Notes: generated by a model from the letters alone, not told the origin. A stretch of 64,000 nt of DNA from Candidatus Portnoybacteria bacterium (GCA_028688325.1 JAQTYI010000002.1:9395-73394), one strand, 5' to 3'. Shown: positions 1 to 9,942, counted from the first letter of the stretch. Program-made: numbers and translations.

Positions 1-1868
1 CGTAAAGAATTGAGCAGGGGCAAAAAATCCGTTATAAAATTATAAGCGGCGGCGGCTCCGGGATCAAGGTAGCCCATAAAGACCAGCGCCAAGCCCATAA
101 CATTCACCGTCCCCCAAACCCAAAGGTCCTGGCTGATTATTTTCATCGTGAAGCGGCCCAAATTCATAACTTCCGCCAAGCCCCTCAAATTGTCTTTGGC
201 CAAAATAATATCCGCCGATCCGATGGCCGCGTCCGAACCGATGGATCCCATGGCGATGCCGATATCAGCCAACGCCAAACCGGCCGCGTCGTTGACTCCG
301 TCGCCCACCATCGCCACTTTATATTTCGGACTTAAAACGCCTTTTATAAAATTTACTTTATCCTGAGGCAATAAATTCGCCTGTAATTCGTCTATTCCGA
401 CCATCTTAGCCACCTCGCCGGCTATCTTTTCATTGTCGCCGGTCAACATCACGGTGCGTTTGACGCCAAACTCCTTGATCTGCGCGATAGCCAGAGGAGC
501 CACGGGACGGACGGCATCGGAAAAGGAGATGAAGCCCAGAAGCTCCTTGCCGATGCCAAGCGAGGTTAGCATGCGCCGCTTCTTTTTTTGCTCCTCTATC
601 GCGTCCAGTTCGTCCGGCGAAAAATCGATGCCATTGTCTTTTAGGAATTTGACCTTGCCGGCCACGACCTCCTGGCCGTCCACCCGCCCCTTGATACCAA
701 AACCCGGCTCCTCATGGACCAGGGTTATGGGCGGCACCGTGATATTTTTTTCAGCCACATATTTTTGTGCGGCTCTGGCGGCCGGATGCGCCGAATCCTG
801 TTCGGCGGCGCCGAGCAGCGCCAAGAATTTTTCCTTTGAATAGCCGTGGAAGGTCGCGACTTCCACAACCTGCGGCTGGCCTTCGGTTATCGTGCCGGTT
901 TTATCGAATATCATTATTTTCGTTTCGCTCAGCCCCTCGATGAAGTTGCCACCTTTAACGATAATGCCACGCTTGGCCAGTGTGGCGATGGCTGCGCTAA
1001 AAGCCAGAGGGATTGCCACGGCCAAATCGTCCGCGCAGGTAACCAGCAATATCGCCAGAGAAAGCCCTATGTTGCGGGTGAGGTAATATGAAACTCCTGC
1101 CAGAATGAAAGTTGCCAGAATATACCAACCGGTAAACTTTTCCGTCACGGAAACAATCTGCGCTTTGCTGTCTTGGGATTTTTCCACCAATTCCAAAATT
1201 TTGGCAAAGGCGGTATCCGCGCCAACTTTGGTGGCGCGGACGATGAGGGAGCCCCCGACATTCAGGGTGGAGCTCAAAACTTCGTCTCCCGTTTTTTTGC
1301 CAACCGGATTTGATTCGCCGGTCAAAGATGACTGATCTATGCTCGCTTCGCCCGATTGCACAATGCCGTCCACCGCAATTCGTTCTCCTGATTCAACCAT
1401 TACTATATCGCCCACTTTTATCTCGTCTATATGCGTTTCCTTGGGCTTGCCGTCCGCTCCCACCAGATGGACCATAACCGGCCGTAATTTTAACAAGCCC
1501 CCTATGGACCGTTTGGCGCGGCCGGCGGTGTAGCGGGTGAAAAGGCGTGCCGAAGCCAGCATCAAGCTGATAAAAACCGCGCTGTGCCATTCGCCAGCCA
1601 GCAAAGAAAAGATCAAAGCCACGCTGGCCAAAAGATCTATAGTTAAGTGCTTCTGGATAAGAGATTTTATCGCGTTAAAAATGACCGGCAAAAGACCGGC
1701 AACGGAAACGGCGATTAAGACCGGCACATCTATGGCGGCAAGATAAGGGCTTGTAAAATTAATTATCAGAATCAATGCCGATACGGCAACCAAAAAAGAA
1801 TCTATCCAAAAAAATATTTGGCTGTCGTTTAAAGCGAACGCCGAAATTTGATGGTGTTTTTTTCGCAT
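1..1868 (-). CDS. Cation-transporting P-type ATPase (HAD-type P1B-like topology), C-terminus truncated by the window edge
   Basis: The minus-strand translation contains GDIVMVESGER, LTGES, DKTGTIT and MVGDGVNDAAGLALADIGIAMGS. The start ATG is at 1868-1866, immediately after the stop of the upstream gene. The TM6 motif reads TCADD where CPC is expected. Confidence 0.85.
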   Translation of the reverse strand, partial: MRKKHHQISAFALNDSQIFFWIDSFLVAVSALILIINFTSPYLAAIDVPVLIAVSVAGLLPVIFNAIKSLIQKHLTIDLLASVALIFSLLAGEWHSAVFISLMLASARLFTRYTAGRAKRSIGGLLKLRPVMVHLVGADGKPKETHIDEIKVGDIVMVESGERIAVDGIVQSGEASIDQSSLTGESNPVGKKTGDEVLSSTLNVGGSLIVRATKVGADTAFAKILELVEKSQDSKAQIVSVTEKFTGWYILATFILAGVSYYLTRNIGLSLAILLVTCADDLAVAIPLAFSAAIATLAKRGIIVKGGNFIEGLSETKIMIFDKTGTITEGQPQVVEVATFHGYSKEKFLALLGAAEQDSAHPAARAAQKYVAEKNITVPPITLVHEEPGFGIKGRVDGQEVVAGKVKFLKDNGIDFSPDELDAIEEQKKKRRMLTSLGIGKELLGFISFSDAVRPVAPLAIAQIKEFGVKRTVMLTGDNEKIAGEVAKMVGIDELQANLLPQDKVNFIKGVLSPKYKVAMVGDGVNDAAGLALADIGIAMGSIGSDAAIGSADIILAKDNLRGLAEVMNLGRFTMKIISQDLWVWGTVNVMGLALVFMGYLDPGAAAAYNFITDFLPLLNSL

Positions 1869-2444
1869 TTAAATTTTCTTTTCCAATCCGTATCTGCCTA
1901 TCAAAAAATCCGCGATAAAAAACAAAACGACTCCCAATGCCAAGGCGTATTCAGTAAATTTCAAATAATGTTTAACATATTGGAACGACGCGCCCGAAAG
2001 ATATCCGAGCCCTCCGATAATGGCGACCCAGGCCAAATTGGCGAGAAAATCATCTTTAAAAAATTCCCGGAATTTCAATTTTATGACTCCCGCCCGCGCC
2101 ATCATCAAATGATGGGCGCCATAAACGAATTTGGAAATAAATATCGTGCGCAAGGAGTTATTCAGCAGGTGCTCGTCGAACCGGCCCGTTTTGGCAACCA
2201 GCCAGCGGCTAATAAAGGTCTCTGAATGGTTTATCTTGTGGCCCAGCCAATACCACAGGGAATCGCCCGCCATAGCACCGCCAAAAATGGTCAAAAAGGT
2301 AAGTTCGGGACTTAAAAATCCCTGCGACGCCAAAAAAGCCGCCGCGAAAAGGAAAACTTCACCCTCAATTACCATGGCCGCAAAAATAAAAACATATATC
2401 GCCGGCCCCAAAAGAGGCAGATAATGGAAAACCAATGAATTCAT
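1869..2444 (-). CDS. DedA/SNARE-associated (VTT-domain) membrane protein
   Basis: 191 aa, multi-TM, with DedA-like G(A/G)xxGDSLWYWLG and ARAGVIKLKFREFF segments. It overlaps the rlmN stop by 4 nt. Confidence 0.65.
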   Translation of the reverse strand: MNSLVFHYLPLLGPAIYVFIFAAMVIEGEVFLFAAAFLASQGFLSPELTFLTIFGGAMAGDSLWYWLGHKINHSETFISRWLVAKTGRFDEHLLNNSLRTIFISKFVYGAHHLMMARAGVIKLKFREFFKDDFLANLAWVAIIGGLGYLSGASFQYVKHYLKFTEYALALGVVLFFIADFLIGRYGLEKKI

Positions 2445-3457
2445 AGATCCGTATTTTTACCTGATAATTGTCCGCACGCGCCAGCGATATCATCCCCAAA
2501 CCTATACCTCTCCAATGCTTGAACGCCCGCTTTCATTAAAACATCCTTAAATTTTTTCACTTGGGACGGCTCCGACGGAGTAAAATCTCCCGTTTGATTA
2601 TACACAATTAAATTGACAAAATACAGGCGGTTATCCAAAAGCGTTGCCAACTCTTTGGCCTGTTCAACGGAATCATTAATATCTTTTATCATAATATACT
2701 CAAACATCAGCTTGCGGTTGGTCTTGGCGGCATAATCGCCGGCCGCCGCCATCACTTGTTCCAGCGGATATTTTTTGGCTACGGGTATCAGTTTCAGCCG
2801 CAACTCATCATTTGGCGCGTGAAGCGAGATCGCCAGATTTATTTGCGGCATATCTTCGGCCATTCTTTCCATCCCGTCAATGATGCCGGCTGTGGAAATA
2901 GAAATATGCCGCGCGCCGATACCCAGCAAATTATCATCATTCAAGATTTTTATCGCGCCAAAAACATTATCGTAGTTCAAGAACGGCTCGCCCATGCCCA
3001 TAAAGACGATGTTCGCCACGCGCTCATTTTCTTTTTTCAGATAACGCGCCCAGAATAAAACCTGTTCGGATATTTCTCCCGACGATAAATTTCTCTTTAG
3101 GCCCATCTTGCCCGTGGCGCAAAAAAGACAACCCAAAGGACAGCCGACTTGCGAAGAAACGCAGACGGTATTTCGGCCTTGGTGACGCATTAAAACCGTT
3201 TCCACGCTTAAGCCGTCTTCAAGCGTTAACAGCGCCTTAAATGATTGCATGTCCTTGCCCGTAAATATTTCCGCTTTTATTTCCAGCGATGCTTCCGCCT
3301 TCAATTTTTCGCGCAATTCGCTCGGCAAAGTCGTGGCCTGCGTCCAGTCGTCGATCAAGTCGCGCCAGATAAGCTGCCCTGCCTGTTTGGCGCGGAATTT
3401 TTTCTCGCCGGATAAAATTTTATCTATTTTTCCAAAATCCATTCCAATCCTTTCCAA
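2441..3457 (-). CDS. rlmN: 23S rRNA m2A2503 / tRNA methyltransferase RlmN (radical SAM)
   Basis: CVSSQVGCPLGCLFCATG radical-SAM cysteine motif and overall RlmN collinearity. Confidence 0.9.
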   Translation of the reverse strand: MERIGMDFGKIDKILSGEKKFRAKQAGQLIWRDLIDDWTQATTLPSELREKLKAEASLEIKAEIFTGKDMQSFKALLTLEDGLSVETVLMRHQGRNTVCVSSQVGCPLGCLFCATGKMGLKRNLSSGEISEQVLFWARYLKKENERVANIVFMGMGEPFLNYDNVFGAIKILNDDNLLGIGARHISISTAGIIDGMERMAEDMPQINLAISLHAPNDELRLKLIPVAKKYPLEQVMAAAGDYAAKTNRKLMFEYIMIKDINDSVEQAKELATLLDNRLYFVNLIVYNQTGDFTPSEPSQVKKFKDVLMKAGVQALERYRFGDDIAGACGQLSGKNTDL

Positions 3458-3561
3458 TTTTTAATTTTCTTATAAGGGTCTTCCTTTGTTTTTATGCCGC
3501 ACACTAATATATCATACTCAAACCCTCCGAAATTATCAATCGGCCACTATGTTCCATCTAT

Positions 3562-3590
3562 TTGACAAGCTATTATAAATATTGTATCAT
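3562..3590 (+). promoter_or_regulatory. Sigma70-like promoter for the FadL-like gene
   Basis: TTGACA, a 17-nt spacer, then TATCAT. A GGGAGG ribosome-binding site lies 7 nt before the ATG at 3652. Confidence 0.45.
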
Positions 3591-3651
3591 TATGTATTCG
3601 GCAAGTTCTTCAAAAACTGGGCCAGGCCCCAAAAATACAAGGGAGGAAAAA

Positions 3652-4797
3652 ATGAAAGCGAAAAATTTGATTTTTTGGCTGATTGTTTTGTCTGTTTTTA
3701 TTGCGACCGCATCTTGGGCCGCAGCACTCAATCCCCTGGGAGGATTCGGGCCGCGCAAGGCCATGCCTGCGGGCATTGCCGTGGCGGATGATCTGGCGGC
3801 ATTTTATTACAATCCGGCGCTGCTGCTGAAAGCGGGAAATTTCGCGCAGGCGGGACTGGAAGGCATGAGAGCGAACTTTGTTTACAAGAACGCGGCCGGC
3901 CGCGAATATAACGCCAAAACAGGCAATTATCTCACGCCTTCAATCGGAGTCAATTATCGGATAAACGACAAGCTGGCAGCGGGTCTGGGCATTTACACGC
4001 CCTACGGCTTTGGCGCGGATTTCAAAGACGAGCTGGGTCTTTATTCAAAAATGTCTCTGACCAATCTGGCGCCGGCCGTTGCTTACAAGGTATCGGATAA
4101 ATTGACGCTCGGCCTTTCAACAAAAGCAGGTCTCGGCCAGATAGAGCAAAGCCAGCCGACCGCTTCCGGCCGTCTAGATAGCAGATCGGACGGCTACGGC
4201 TACTCCGCGCAAGTCGGCTTGCTGTGGGAAGCAGCCGACTGGCTGCGATTCGGCCTGACCTATCAGACCAAAACTAAGGTTATGCTGGACGGCAATGCTA
4301 AATATGTGGATACCGGCGCCAGCGACACCTATACGGGAGAATTTTACTTTCCCGGCTATTACGGCTTTGGAGTGGGCATGGAATTCGGCAATCTGCTGAT
4401 CGCAGCCGATGTTATGCGCTTTGATTATTCGTCCACCGACACGGCGCTCACCAACTACCGCCACTGGCCGCAAGGCGTCCAGGCGCTTCATTGGGAAAAC
4501 AACACCTTCTGGGGTGTCGGCGCGGAATATAAATTCAGAAATGTCTGGCGTCTGCGCGGCGGGCTGGTCTACCAGGACGCGGTAATTCCCGACAGCACCA
4601 TCAATGCTTCGGGGCCCGACATGAATGGTTATTCAGCCGGTCTGGGCCTGGGGTATCGCGGCCAAAACATCAATATGGATATAAATTATATCCATATTTG
4701 GGGCCCGGAAAGAACGGTCCAGGGTACCTATTTTGGCGCCGGCCGCTACTCGGCCGACATCAACATCATCTCAACGGCAATAAGCTGGCGATGGTGA
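3652..4797 (+). CDS. FadL/TodX/OmpP1-family outer-membrane beta-barrel transporter
   Basis: Signal peptide MKAKNLIFWLIVLSVFIATASWAA. FadL-type N-terminal hatch (AAFYYNPA), many G/Y-rich beta strands, and a C-terminal aromatic residue (…ISWRW). Confidence 0.75.
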   Translation: MKAKNLIFWLIVLSVFIATASWAAALNPLGGFGPRKAMPAGIAVADDLAAFYYNPALLLKAGNFAQAGLEGMRANFVYKNAAGREYNAKTGNYLTPSIGVNYRINDKLAAGLGIYTPYGFGADFKDELGLYSKMSLTNLAPAVAYKVSDKLTLGLSTKAGLGQIEQSQPTASGRLDSRSDGYGYSAQVGLLWEAADWLRFGLTYQTKTKVMLDGNAKYVDTGASDTYTGEFYFPGYYGFGVGMEFGNLLIAADVMRFDYSSTDTALTNYRHWPQGVQALHWENNTFWGVGAEYKFRNVWRLRGGLVYQDAVIPDSTINASGPDMNGYSAGLGLGYRGQNINMDINYIHIWGPERTVQGTYFGAGRYSADINIISTAISWRW

Positions 4798-4806
4798 GGC
4801 GACAAA

Positions 4807-4845
4807 GGGAGCGATTCGCACAAGCGAATCGCTCCCTATTTTTTT
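4807..4845 (+). terminator. Rho-independent terminator (bidirectional)
   Basis: 13-bp perfect stem gggagcgattcgc/gcgaatcgctccc, loop acaa, followed by tattttttt. Confidence 0.7.
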
Positions 4846-4867
4846 ACTCCGCGCCCGCAAATCAGGC

Positions 4868-5089
4868 CTAAGAGTTTATTTCAAATATCTTGCTTCTCTC
4901 CTTGAATCCTTTTATTATTCTCACTTTCGAAACATCCACATTAAAATACCGCGCCAGGATATTGCGGATAGACAAGTTAGCGCGGCCGTTAACCGGCGGT
5001 TCGCGCGTTTCCACGACAAAATGCGCCTCGTCTATTTTTTCCATTTTGTCTTCATAGCCATCGGGCTTGGCTTTGATGTGAATTATCAT
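4868..5089 (-). CDS. DUF167 (YggU-like) small protein
   Basis: 73 aa containing KAKP…GRANL…LA, the YggU family signature. Confidence 0.55.
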   Translation of the reverse strand: MIIHIKAKPDGYEDKMEKIDEAHFVVETREPPVNGRANLSIRNILARYFNVDVSKVRIIKGFKERSKIFEINS

Positions 5090-5109
5090 ATAAGGTTTAA
5101 ATTAACGGC

Positions 5110-5265
5110 CCTAAAAAAGATTATGTCATTCCCGCCCCGCATCAAGTGCGGGGAGAATCCAGGTTTTTTGTCGCCCTGAACTTGCTTGCCTCGCCAAAGC
5201 TTTAGCGACGGTTGGGCTTCAGGGCCTGGATCCCGGGTCAGGCCCGGGATGACAATTCTATTAAT
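5110..5265. repeat. Palindromic dispersed repeat (tgtcattcccgcc…ggatcccgggtcaggcccgggatgaca)
   Basis: Related copies at 28076-28150 and 43048-43090. Confidence 0.55.
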
Positions 5266-5933
5266 CTTCTTTGCACCGCTTCGCTTCTAAGCTCCCGCAA
5301 CGCATCTGCTGCTACCCAGCGCGCGGCGCGCGAATCAATTTTAGCAATTTCCCGTGCCAAAGATATCGCTTTTTTATTCAAATTCATATTCCTCTTACCG
5401 ATCTGGCGCAGCGCCCAATTCACCGCCTTACGGACATAATTGCGCTCGTCCGCGGCGTATTTTTTTATCAGCGGAAAAAATTTTATAAAATCGCCGTCTT
5501 TCGCTTGTTTGTTTTTGAATGCCGCCGTGGCCATCAGCGCGAATCCCGCCCGGCGTTCGAATTCTGATTTTCTATCAGCCCAAGTCGCGCATTTTTTGAA
5601 CACCAGCGGATGGCTAAAAAATAGATTCAAGCAAACCTGGTCGCAAACATCCCAAGAATCAAAACCTTTTATCCATTTGTCCATCTGCGCGCCGCTCACC
5701 ATTTTTACATCGTCCACCATACTCGCCAATATTTTTGCCTCGTGAATTCCCGATCTCCAAAGTTTTTGCGCCAAGACATGATCGCGGCCGATTTTTTTGA
5801 CTAAAGACCGCAAAAGAGGCATCGGCGCTCCCAGTACCTTGCTTTTGGGCCGGATGCCAAAACGCGCCATACCGGCGGCGTTTTTTGGATCAGACATTGA
5901 TTTCAGTTTTTTTAGAATATCTTTATCCGTCAT
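5238..5933 (-). CDS. DNA alkylation repair protein (AlkD-like HEAT-repeat glycosylase family)
   Basis: 231 aa alpha-helical repeat protein of AlkD/PF08713-like composition. It overlaps csaA by 4 nt. Confidence 0.65.
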   Translation of the reverse strand: MTDKDILKKLKSMSDPKNAAGMARFGIRPKSKVLGAPMPLLRSLVKKIGRDHVLAQKLWRSGIHEAKILASMVDDVKMVSGAQMDKWIKGFDSWDVCDQVCLNLFFSHPLVFKKCATWADRKSEFERRAGFALMATAAFKNKQAKDGDFIKFFPLIKKYAADERNYVRKAVNWALRQIGKRNMNLNKKAISLAREIAKIDSRAARWVAADALRELRSEAVQRRLIELSSRA

Positions 5934-6268
5934 CTGATTTTGCTGCCAACCGGCGCTTCCTTGTCCGGCACAAGCAAGATCGGCTCTTCGTCTCCCGCCG
6001 CCAGCAGCATTCCTTGGCTTTCTTCGCCCATCAATTTGCGCGGCTCCAAATTTATCACCACGATTATCTGGCGGCCGAGTAATTTTTCCGGCTCATAAAA
6101 TTTCGCGATGCCGGCTAAAATTTGCCGCTCCTCATCTCCTGTGGAAATTTTAAGCTTCAATAATTTTTCCGAACCGTCAACGCGTTGGGCATCTAAAATT
6201 TCTGCTACCCGCAAATCAAGCTTTTTAAAGTCATCGTGAGTTGTCATAAAAATGTCAATTTCCGTCAA
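5930..6268 (-). CDS. csaA: tRNA-binding protein CsaA/Trbp111 (EMAP domain)
   Basis: 112 aa with a LKVGKI-like core (LRVAEIL…GRQIIVVINLEPRKLMGEESQGMLLAA). Confidence 0.85.
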   Translation of the reverse strand: MTEIDIFMTTHDDFKKLDLRVAEILDAQRVDGSEKLLKLKISTGDEERQILAGIAKFYEPEKLLGRQIIVVINLEPRKLMGEESQGMLLAAGDEEPILLVPDKEAPVGSKIR

Positions 6269-7166
6269 TTAATTCAATAATTCTTTCCATCAAGGTCTCC
6301 GGCTCCTTTTTGAGGTAGCCCGCTTTGACCCTGATCTCGTCCAGTCCACTCTCGGCCTCCTTGCGTCCCGCATCAATGATGTCTCCAGCGCGTTCAAAAT
6401 CTATCCATTGAAAATTCGCTACCAGCGGCTTTAAAACGAAATCCGCCTGCCCGACCGCCCTGCGCGACAACTGATAATTCAACGCCATAAACGCATGCGA
6501 AACTATGCGGTTTAAATTTTGTTGTGTGATCAAATCGTCAGAAAAGTTAACCCAGCGGCTGGAAACATCCACCGCAATGACAAAATCCGCGCCCATATTT
6601 TTTACCACATCAACCGGCAAAGGGTTGACCATTCCGCCGTCCATCAGTAATTGCTCCTCGAATTTTACCGGCTGAAAAATCACCGGCAAGGAAACACTGG
6701 CCAAAATTCCCTGTGCCAAAGAGCCGTTGCCGATGTCAACTTCTTTACCGGTCTCCACATTCGTGGCCACCGCCTGGAACGGAATTTGGCACTGTCTAAA
6801 GGTTTTCACATCCATCAGTTTTTCCAGCAATGCCGTCATTTGCTCACCCTTAAACAATCCCTTGCTGAAGTCCATATTGATTTTCTGCGATTCCTTTTCG
6901 GAAAATGTCTCCACGCCATCGGCGAATAGATCCTTGGTGCTGGTTTTTAAAAAAATGTTGCGCAAAAATTTGATGTTTTTGGTCGCCGCGTACCAGCCGC
7001 CGACCAGCGCTCCCATGCTTGTGCCGGCGATAAAATCAATAGGGATGCCGGCTTCTTCCAGCGCCAAAATTACGCCGATATGCGCCAACCCCCTGGCTCC
7101 GCCGGCACCCAGCGCCAGGCCTATTTTTTTGCGCTTCTGGCCGAGATTTGTCTGAATTCTCGCCAT
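6255..7166 (-). CDS. Patatin-like phospholipase
   Basis: GLALGAGGARG oxyanion loop and a GTSMG lipase serine motif. The alternative start MARIQ at 7166 avoids overlap with the upstream ORF. Confidence 0.85.
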   Translation of the reverse strand: MARIQTNLGQKRKKIGLALGAGGARGLAHIGVILALEEAGIPIDFIAGTSMGALVGGWYAATKNIKFLRNIFLKTSTKDLFADGVETFSEKESQKINMDFSKGLFKGEQMTALLEKLMDVKTFRQCQIPFQAVATNVETGKEVDIGNGSLAQGILASVSLPVIFQPVKFEEQLLMDGGMVNPLPVDVVKNMGADFVIAVDVSSRWVNFSDDLITQQNLNRIVSHAFMALNYQLSRRAVGQADFVLKPLVANFQWIDFERAGDIIDAGRKEAESGLDEIRVKAGYLKKEPETLMERIIELIDGN

Positions 7167-7167
7167 A

Positions 7168-7434
7168 TTATTTAGTCCAAAATTCTTTGGCTTCTTTTTC
7201 CATTCTCTCAAGACGGGTGTAATAATCGGCAAACTCATTCAAATGCGCCAAAGCGATTTTACCAGTCATTAACGGATCATCGTTTGTCACATTGGTAGCG
7301 GCATTCTCGGTGCCGTGTTCCAACTCCACATCCATACCCGTGCGGAATTGTTCAATATCGAATTTAAACCAATCAACGCCCAATTGTTCGCCGATCTGTT
7401 TGGCAACATCGGCTGTAAAATTTTGCTTTGTCAT
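7168..7434 (-). CDS. Hypothetical small protein
   Basis: 88-aa ORF in an operon with the patatin gene; no recognisable motif. Confidence 0.4.
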   Translation of the reverse strand: MTKQNFTADVAKQIGEQLGVDWFKFDIEQFRTGMDVELEHGTENAATNVTNDDPLMTGKIALAHLNEFADYYTRLERMEKEAKEFWTK

Positions 7435-7557
7435 AGAATTTTAATTTAATGATTTATGCTCTTGTATTATATTTTATCCTTTCCCCGCCGGAAGCGCAAC
7501 CCAAACGCGACGCCAGAAAAATAAAAAGGCCCCCCTTGAAGACGAGGCCTTTTCCTG

Positions 7558-7968
7558 TTAACTCCAGGGAAAATCCCTAAGCCAACCCCTGATTCTCATT
7601 AAGGTGGGCCTCGGATATTTTAACGGATTGGATATTATCACTTCTTTCAAGGCCTCTCTTAATTTAGCGTTATTGATTCTCTGAATCTCATAGCTGAAGT
7701 CATCGTTACCCATAGATAATTGAAGCTTATGGTGCCGCTCGCTCTCTTCGTCCAGAAGCCGCATTTGACAATCCCAGATCGTTGGCGGACCGGGTCTTTT
7801 TCTCGGTTTTTTTTTACCATTTCCGTTTTTTTTACCGTTTTTTCTTCCATGGATATGGTGTCCGACCAGCCGACCGCCGTTCTTGCCGGATAGCTCCGAG
7901 CAATATCCCAGAAAATCGCATCTTATCTTCTTTATTGTGTCCCACAACTCTCCGTTTTTGACGACCAC
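7558..7968 (-). CDS. Small HNH-family endonuclease
   Basis: CSELSG…VGHHIHGRKNG followed by CQMRLLDEESERHH, an HNH beta-beta-alpha zinc-finger arrangement. Basic K/G/N-rich linker. Confidence 0.45.
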   Translation of the reverse strand: MVVKNGELWDTIKKIRCDFLGYCSELSGKNGGRLVGHHIHGRKNGKKNGNGKKKPRKRPGPPTIWDCQMRLLDEESERHHKLQLSMGNDDFSYEIQRINNAKLREALKEVIISNPLKYPRPTLMRIRGWLRDFPWS

Positions 7969-8064
7969 CCCCTTTCAATAAAAAATAAAAAGAACTTCTG
8001 AAGTTCCCTCATGCAAATATTTTAACACCGACAGGGCCCTCGCGCAAAACCAACTTATCCACAA

Positions 8065-8781
8065 CTAACCCCGGCAAACCAAATAAGAAGCCACCATCGC
8101 CGCGGTCTCGGCGCGCAAAGTCAGTTTTCCCAGCGAAATTAGCTTAACCCCCGCTCCTCTGGCCGCGCCGATTTCCTCTCCGCTCCATCCGCCTTCCGGG
8201 CCGATAAAAATTCCGACTTGCTCTTTTTCCTGTTGCACCAAATTATTGATGTCAGACATCAATAATTTGGTGCCGGACGCATCAAATAATATGTTTGCCG
8301 TGTTTTCTTTTGCGCCAGCCAGCGCATCGTTGAAACTTATTGCTTCCCGCAAAACCGGAATTATTCCCCGGCCGGATTGTTCCGCCGCTTCTTTGATGAT
8401 TTTTTTCAGCCGGTCATATTTCAAACCTGTTTTAACCGTGCATCGCGATATCACGGGCACTATCTCGCTTACGCCGGCTTCCACGGCCTTCTGGACAACC
8501 AATTCAAAATTTTCCCGCTTTAAAACCGCGCAATACAAGATTACTTGCCTTTCCGGTTCATTCTCATTTTCTTTTACTTCCAAGATTTCCACCTCAACAA
8601 AATCTTTGCCGTATTGTGCAATTTTCGCTGACGCCTCTTTTCCTTGTCCGTTGACTAAAATAATTTCTTCACCTGCGCCCAGGCGCAAAACATTTTTCAC
8701 CTGATGCAAAAAATCCCCGTCGGAAATTCGCAGGGTTTTTTGCGCAAGATCAAAATCGCCGAAGAATCTGTTCAATCTCAT
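8065..8781 (-). CDS. rsmE: 16S rRNA m3U1498 methyltransferase RsmE
   Basis: 238 aa with an RsmE PUA-like N-terminus and a C-terminal SPOUT fold (GPEGGWSGEEI). Confidence 0.85.
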   Translation of the reverse strand: MRLNRFFGDFDLAQKTLRISDGDFLHQVKNVLRLGAGEEIILVNGQGKEASAKIAQYGKDFVEVEILEVKENENEPERQVILYCAVLKRENFELVVQKAVEAGVSEIVPVISRCTVKTGLKYDRLKKIIKEAAEQSGRGIIPVLREAISFNDALAGAKENTANILFDASGTKLLMSDINNLVQQEKEQVGIFIGPEGGWSGEEIGAARGAGVKLISLGKLTLRAETAAMVASYLVCRG

Positions 8782-8819
8782 AGATACAATCTAATGAAAA
8801 TGGTCGTCAATCCTGACCA

Positions 8820-9848
8820 TTACAAGTATTTTTTATTTATTTCCTTCACAATATCATATCCGTTGCAATGCTTCAACATTCCCGAATATGACTGTAAACT
8901 CTGGCCAAACGACTCCTCCAATATTAATCCGTCCTGCCAATTATTATATTTGTTTTTAATATTTTTAAACATTCTCCTTCTGGTTTTAGTCCGCAAAATT
9001 CTATAATCAGGAAAATTGACCAAACCCAAAAAATCCACCCCCGAAGCCAATGTTTTAATAAAAATTTTATCCGGATGCAATTCTAATTTTAGCCCTCGTC
9101 GCAAAAATTGCCGTATCGGCTCAATTTGTTGCTCCAAGCGTTTTTTGTCATCAGAAAAAAACACGAAATCGTCCGCGTACCGTATATATCGTTTATCTTT
9201 CAATTTATGCTTGGCAAACTGATCAAATTTATTCATGTAAATATTCACAAATAATTGCGAGGTGAGATTGCCAAGCGGCAAACCAATGCTCATCCCCTTT
9301 TCTGATGGAAAACTATCTACCACTCCTTCCAGCAGCCAAATAATATTCTCATCCGGAATATACTCTTTTAATATTTTGACTAAAATTTTGTGGTCAATAT
9401 TGGCAAAGAATTTTCTGATGTCACATTTCAAAACCCAGCATGTTTTTGTGTTATTTTTACTCACCTTCCAGACAAATTCCCGAAACCTGTTAACGACTTT
9501 ATGTGTTCCTTTCTTCAGTCGGCACGAATATGAATCGACAATAAAGGTTTTATCAAAAAACGGATATAAAATTCTGTAAATCGCGTGGTGAAGCAATCGG
9601 TCACGGACGCCCGCCTTATGAATGTTCCTGGGCTTAGGATCATTGATTTTAAACGCTTGATACCCGCCGTGCTTATAGGTATGATTAATAAGGTCGTTGT
9701 GGAGCGAAAAAATATTGTCCATTAAACGCATAGAAAATTCTTGAACATCTTTTCGCTGTTTTTTACCCTTCAAAAATTCCTTCCATGCTTCCAGCAAATT
9801 TTCAATGTTAATTATATCTTCAAATTTATGGACCAATTGAATTTTCAT
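8820..9848 (-). CDS. DGR-type reverse transcriptase
   Basis: 342-aa RT with YADD catalytic motif (IRYADDFVFF). DGR-diagnostic motif 4 reads IGLPLGNLTSQLFVNIYMN. No maturase or endonuclease domains. Confidence 0.85.
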   Translation of the reverse strand: MKIQLVHKFEDIINIENLLEAWKEFLKGKKQRKDVQEFSMRLMDNIFSLHNDLINHTYKHGGYQAFKINDPKPRNIHKAGVRDRLLHHAIYRILYPFFDKTFIVDSYSCRLKKGTHKVVNRFREFVWKVSKNNTKTCWVLKCDIRKFFANIDHKILVKILKEYIPDENIIWLLEGVVDSFPSEKGMSIGLPLGNLTSQLFVNIYMNKFDQFAKHKLKDKRYIRYADDFVFFSDDKKRLEQQIEPIRQFLRRGLKLELHPDKIFIKTLASGVDFLGLVNFPDYRILRTKTRRRMFKNIKNKYNNWQDGLILEESFGQSLQSYSGMLKHCNGYDIVKEINKKYL

Positions 9849-9942
9849 AAAAATTCGGCTTTTAACGCCCCCCCCCCAGACCCTTCCTTCACTGCTTCAG
9901 AAAGTAAAAATTCTTTACCTTTTATGGTACGGTTATTATCTG

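Noticed and set aside
148-1746. Series of plus-strand ORFs of 60-136 aa (148-366, 433-843, 846-1091, 1105-1335, 1339-1533, 1537-1746)
   Set aside because: All are antisense to the minus-strand P-type ATPase, whose motifs (DKTGTIT, LTGES, GDGVNDA) read cleanly. The plus-strand products are low-complexity.
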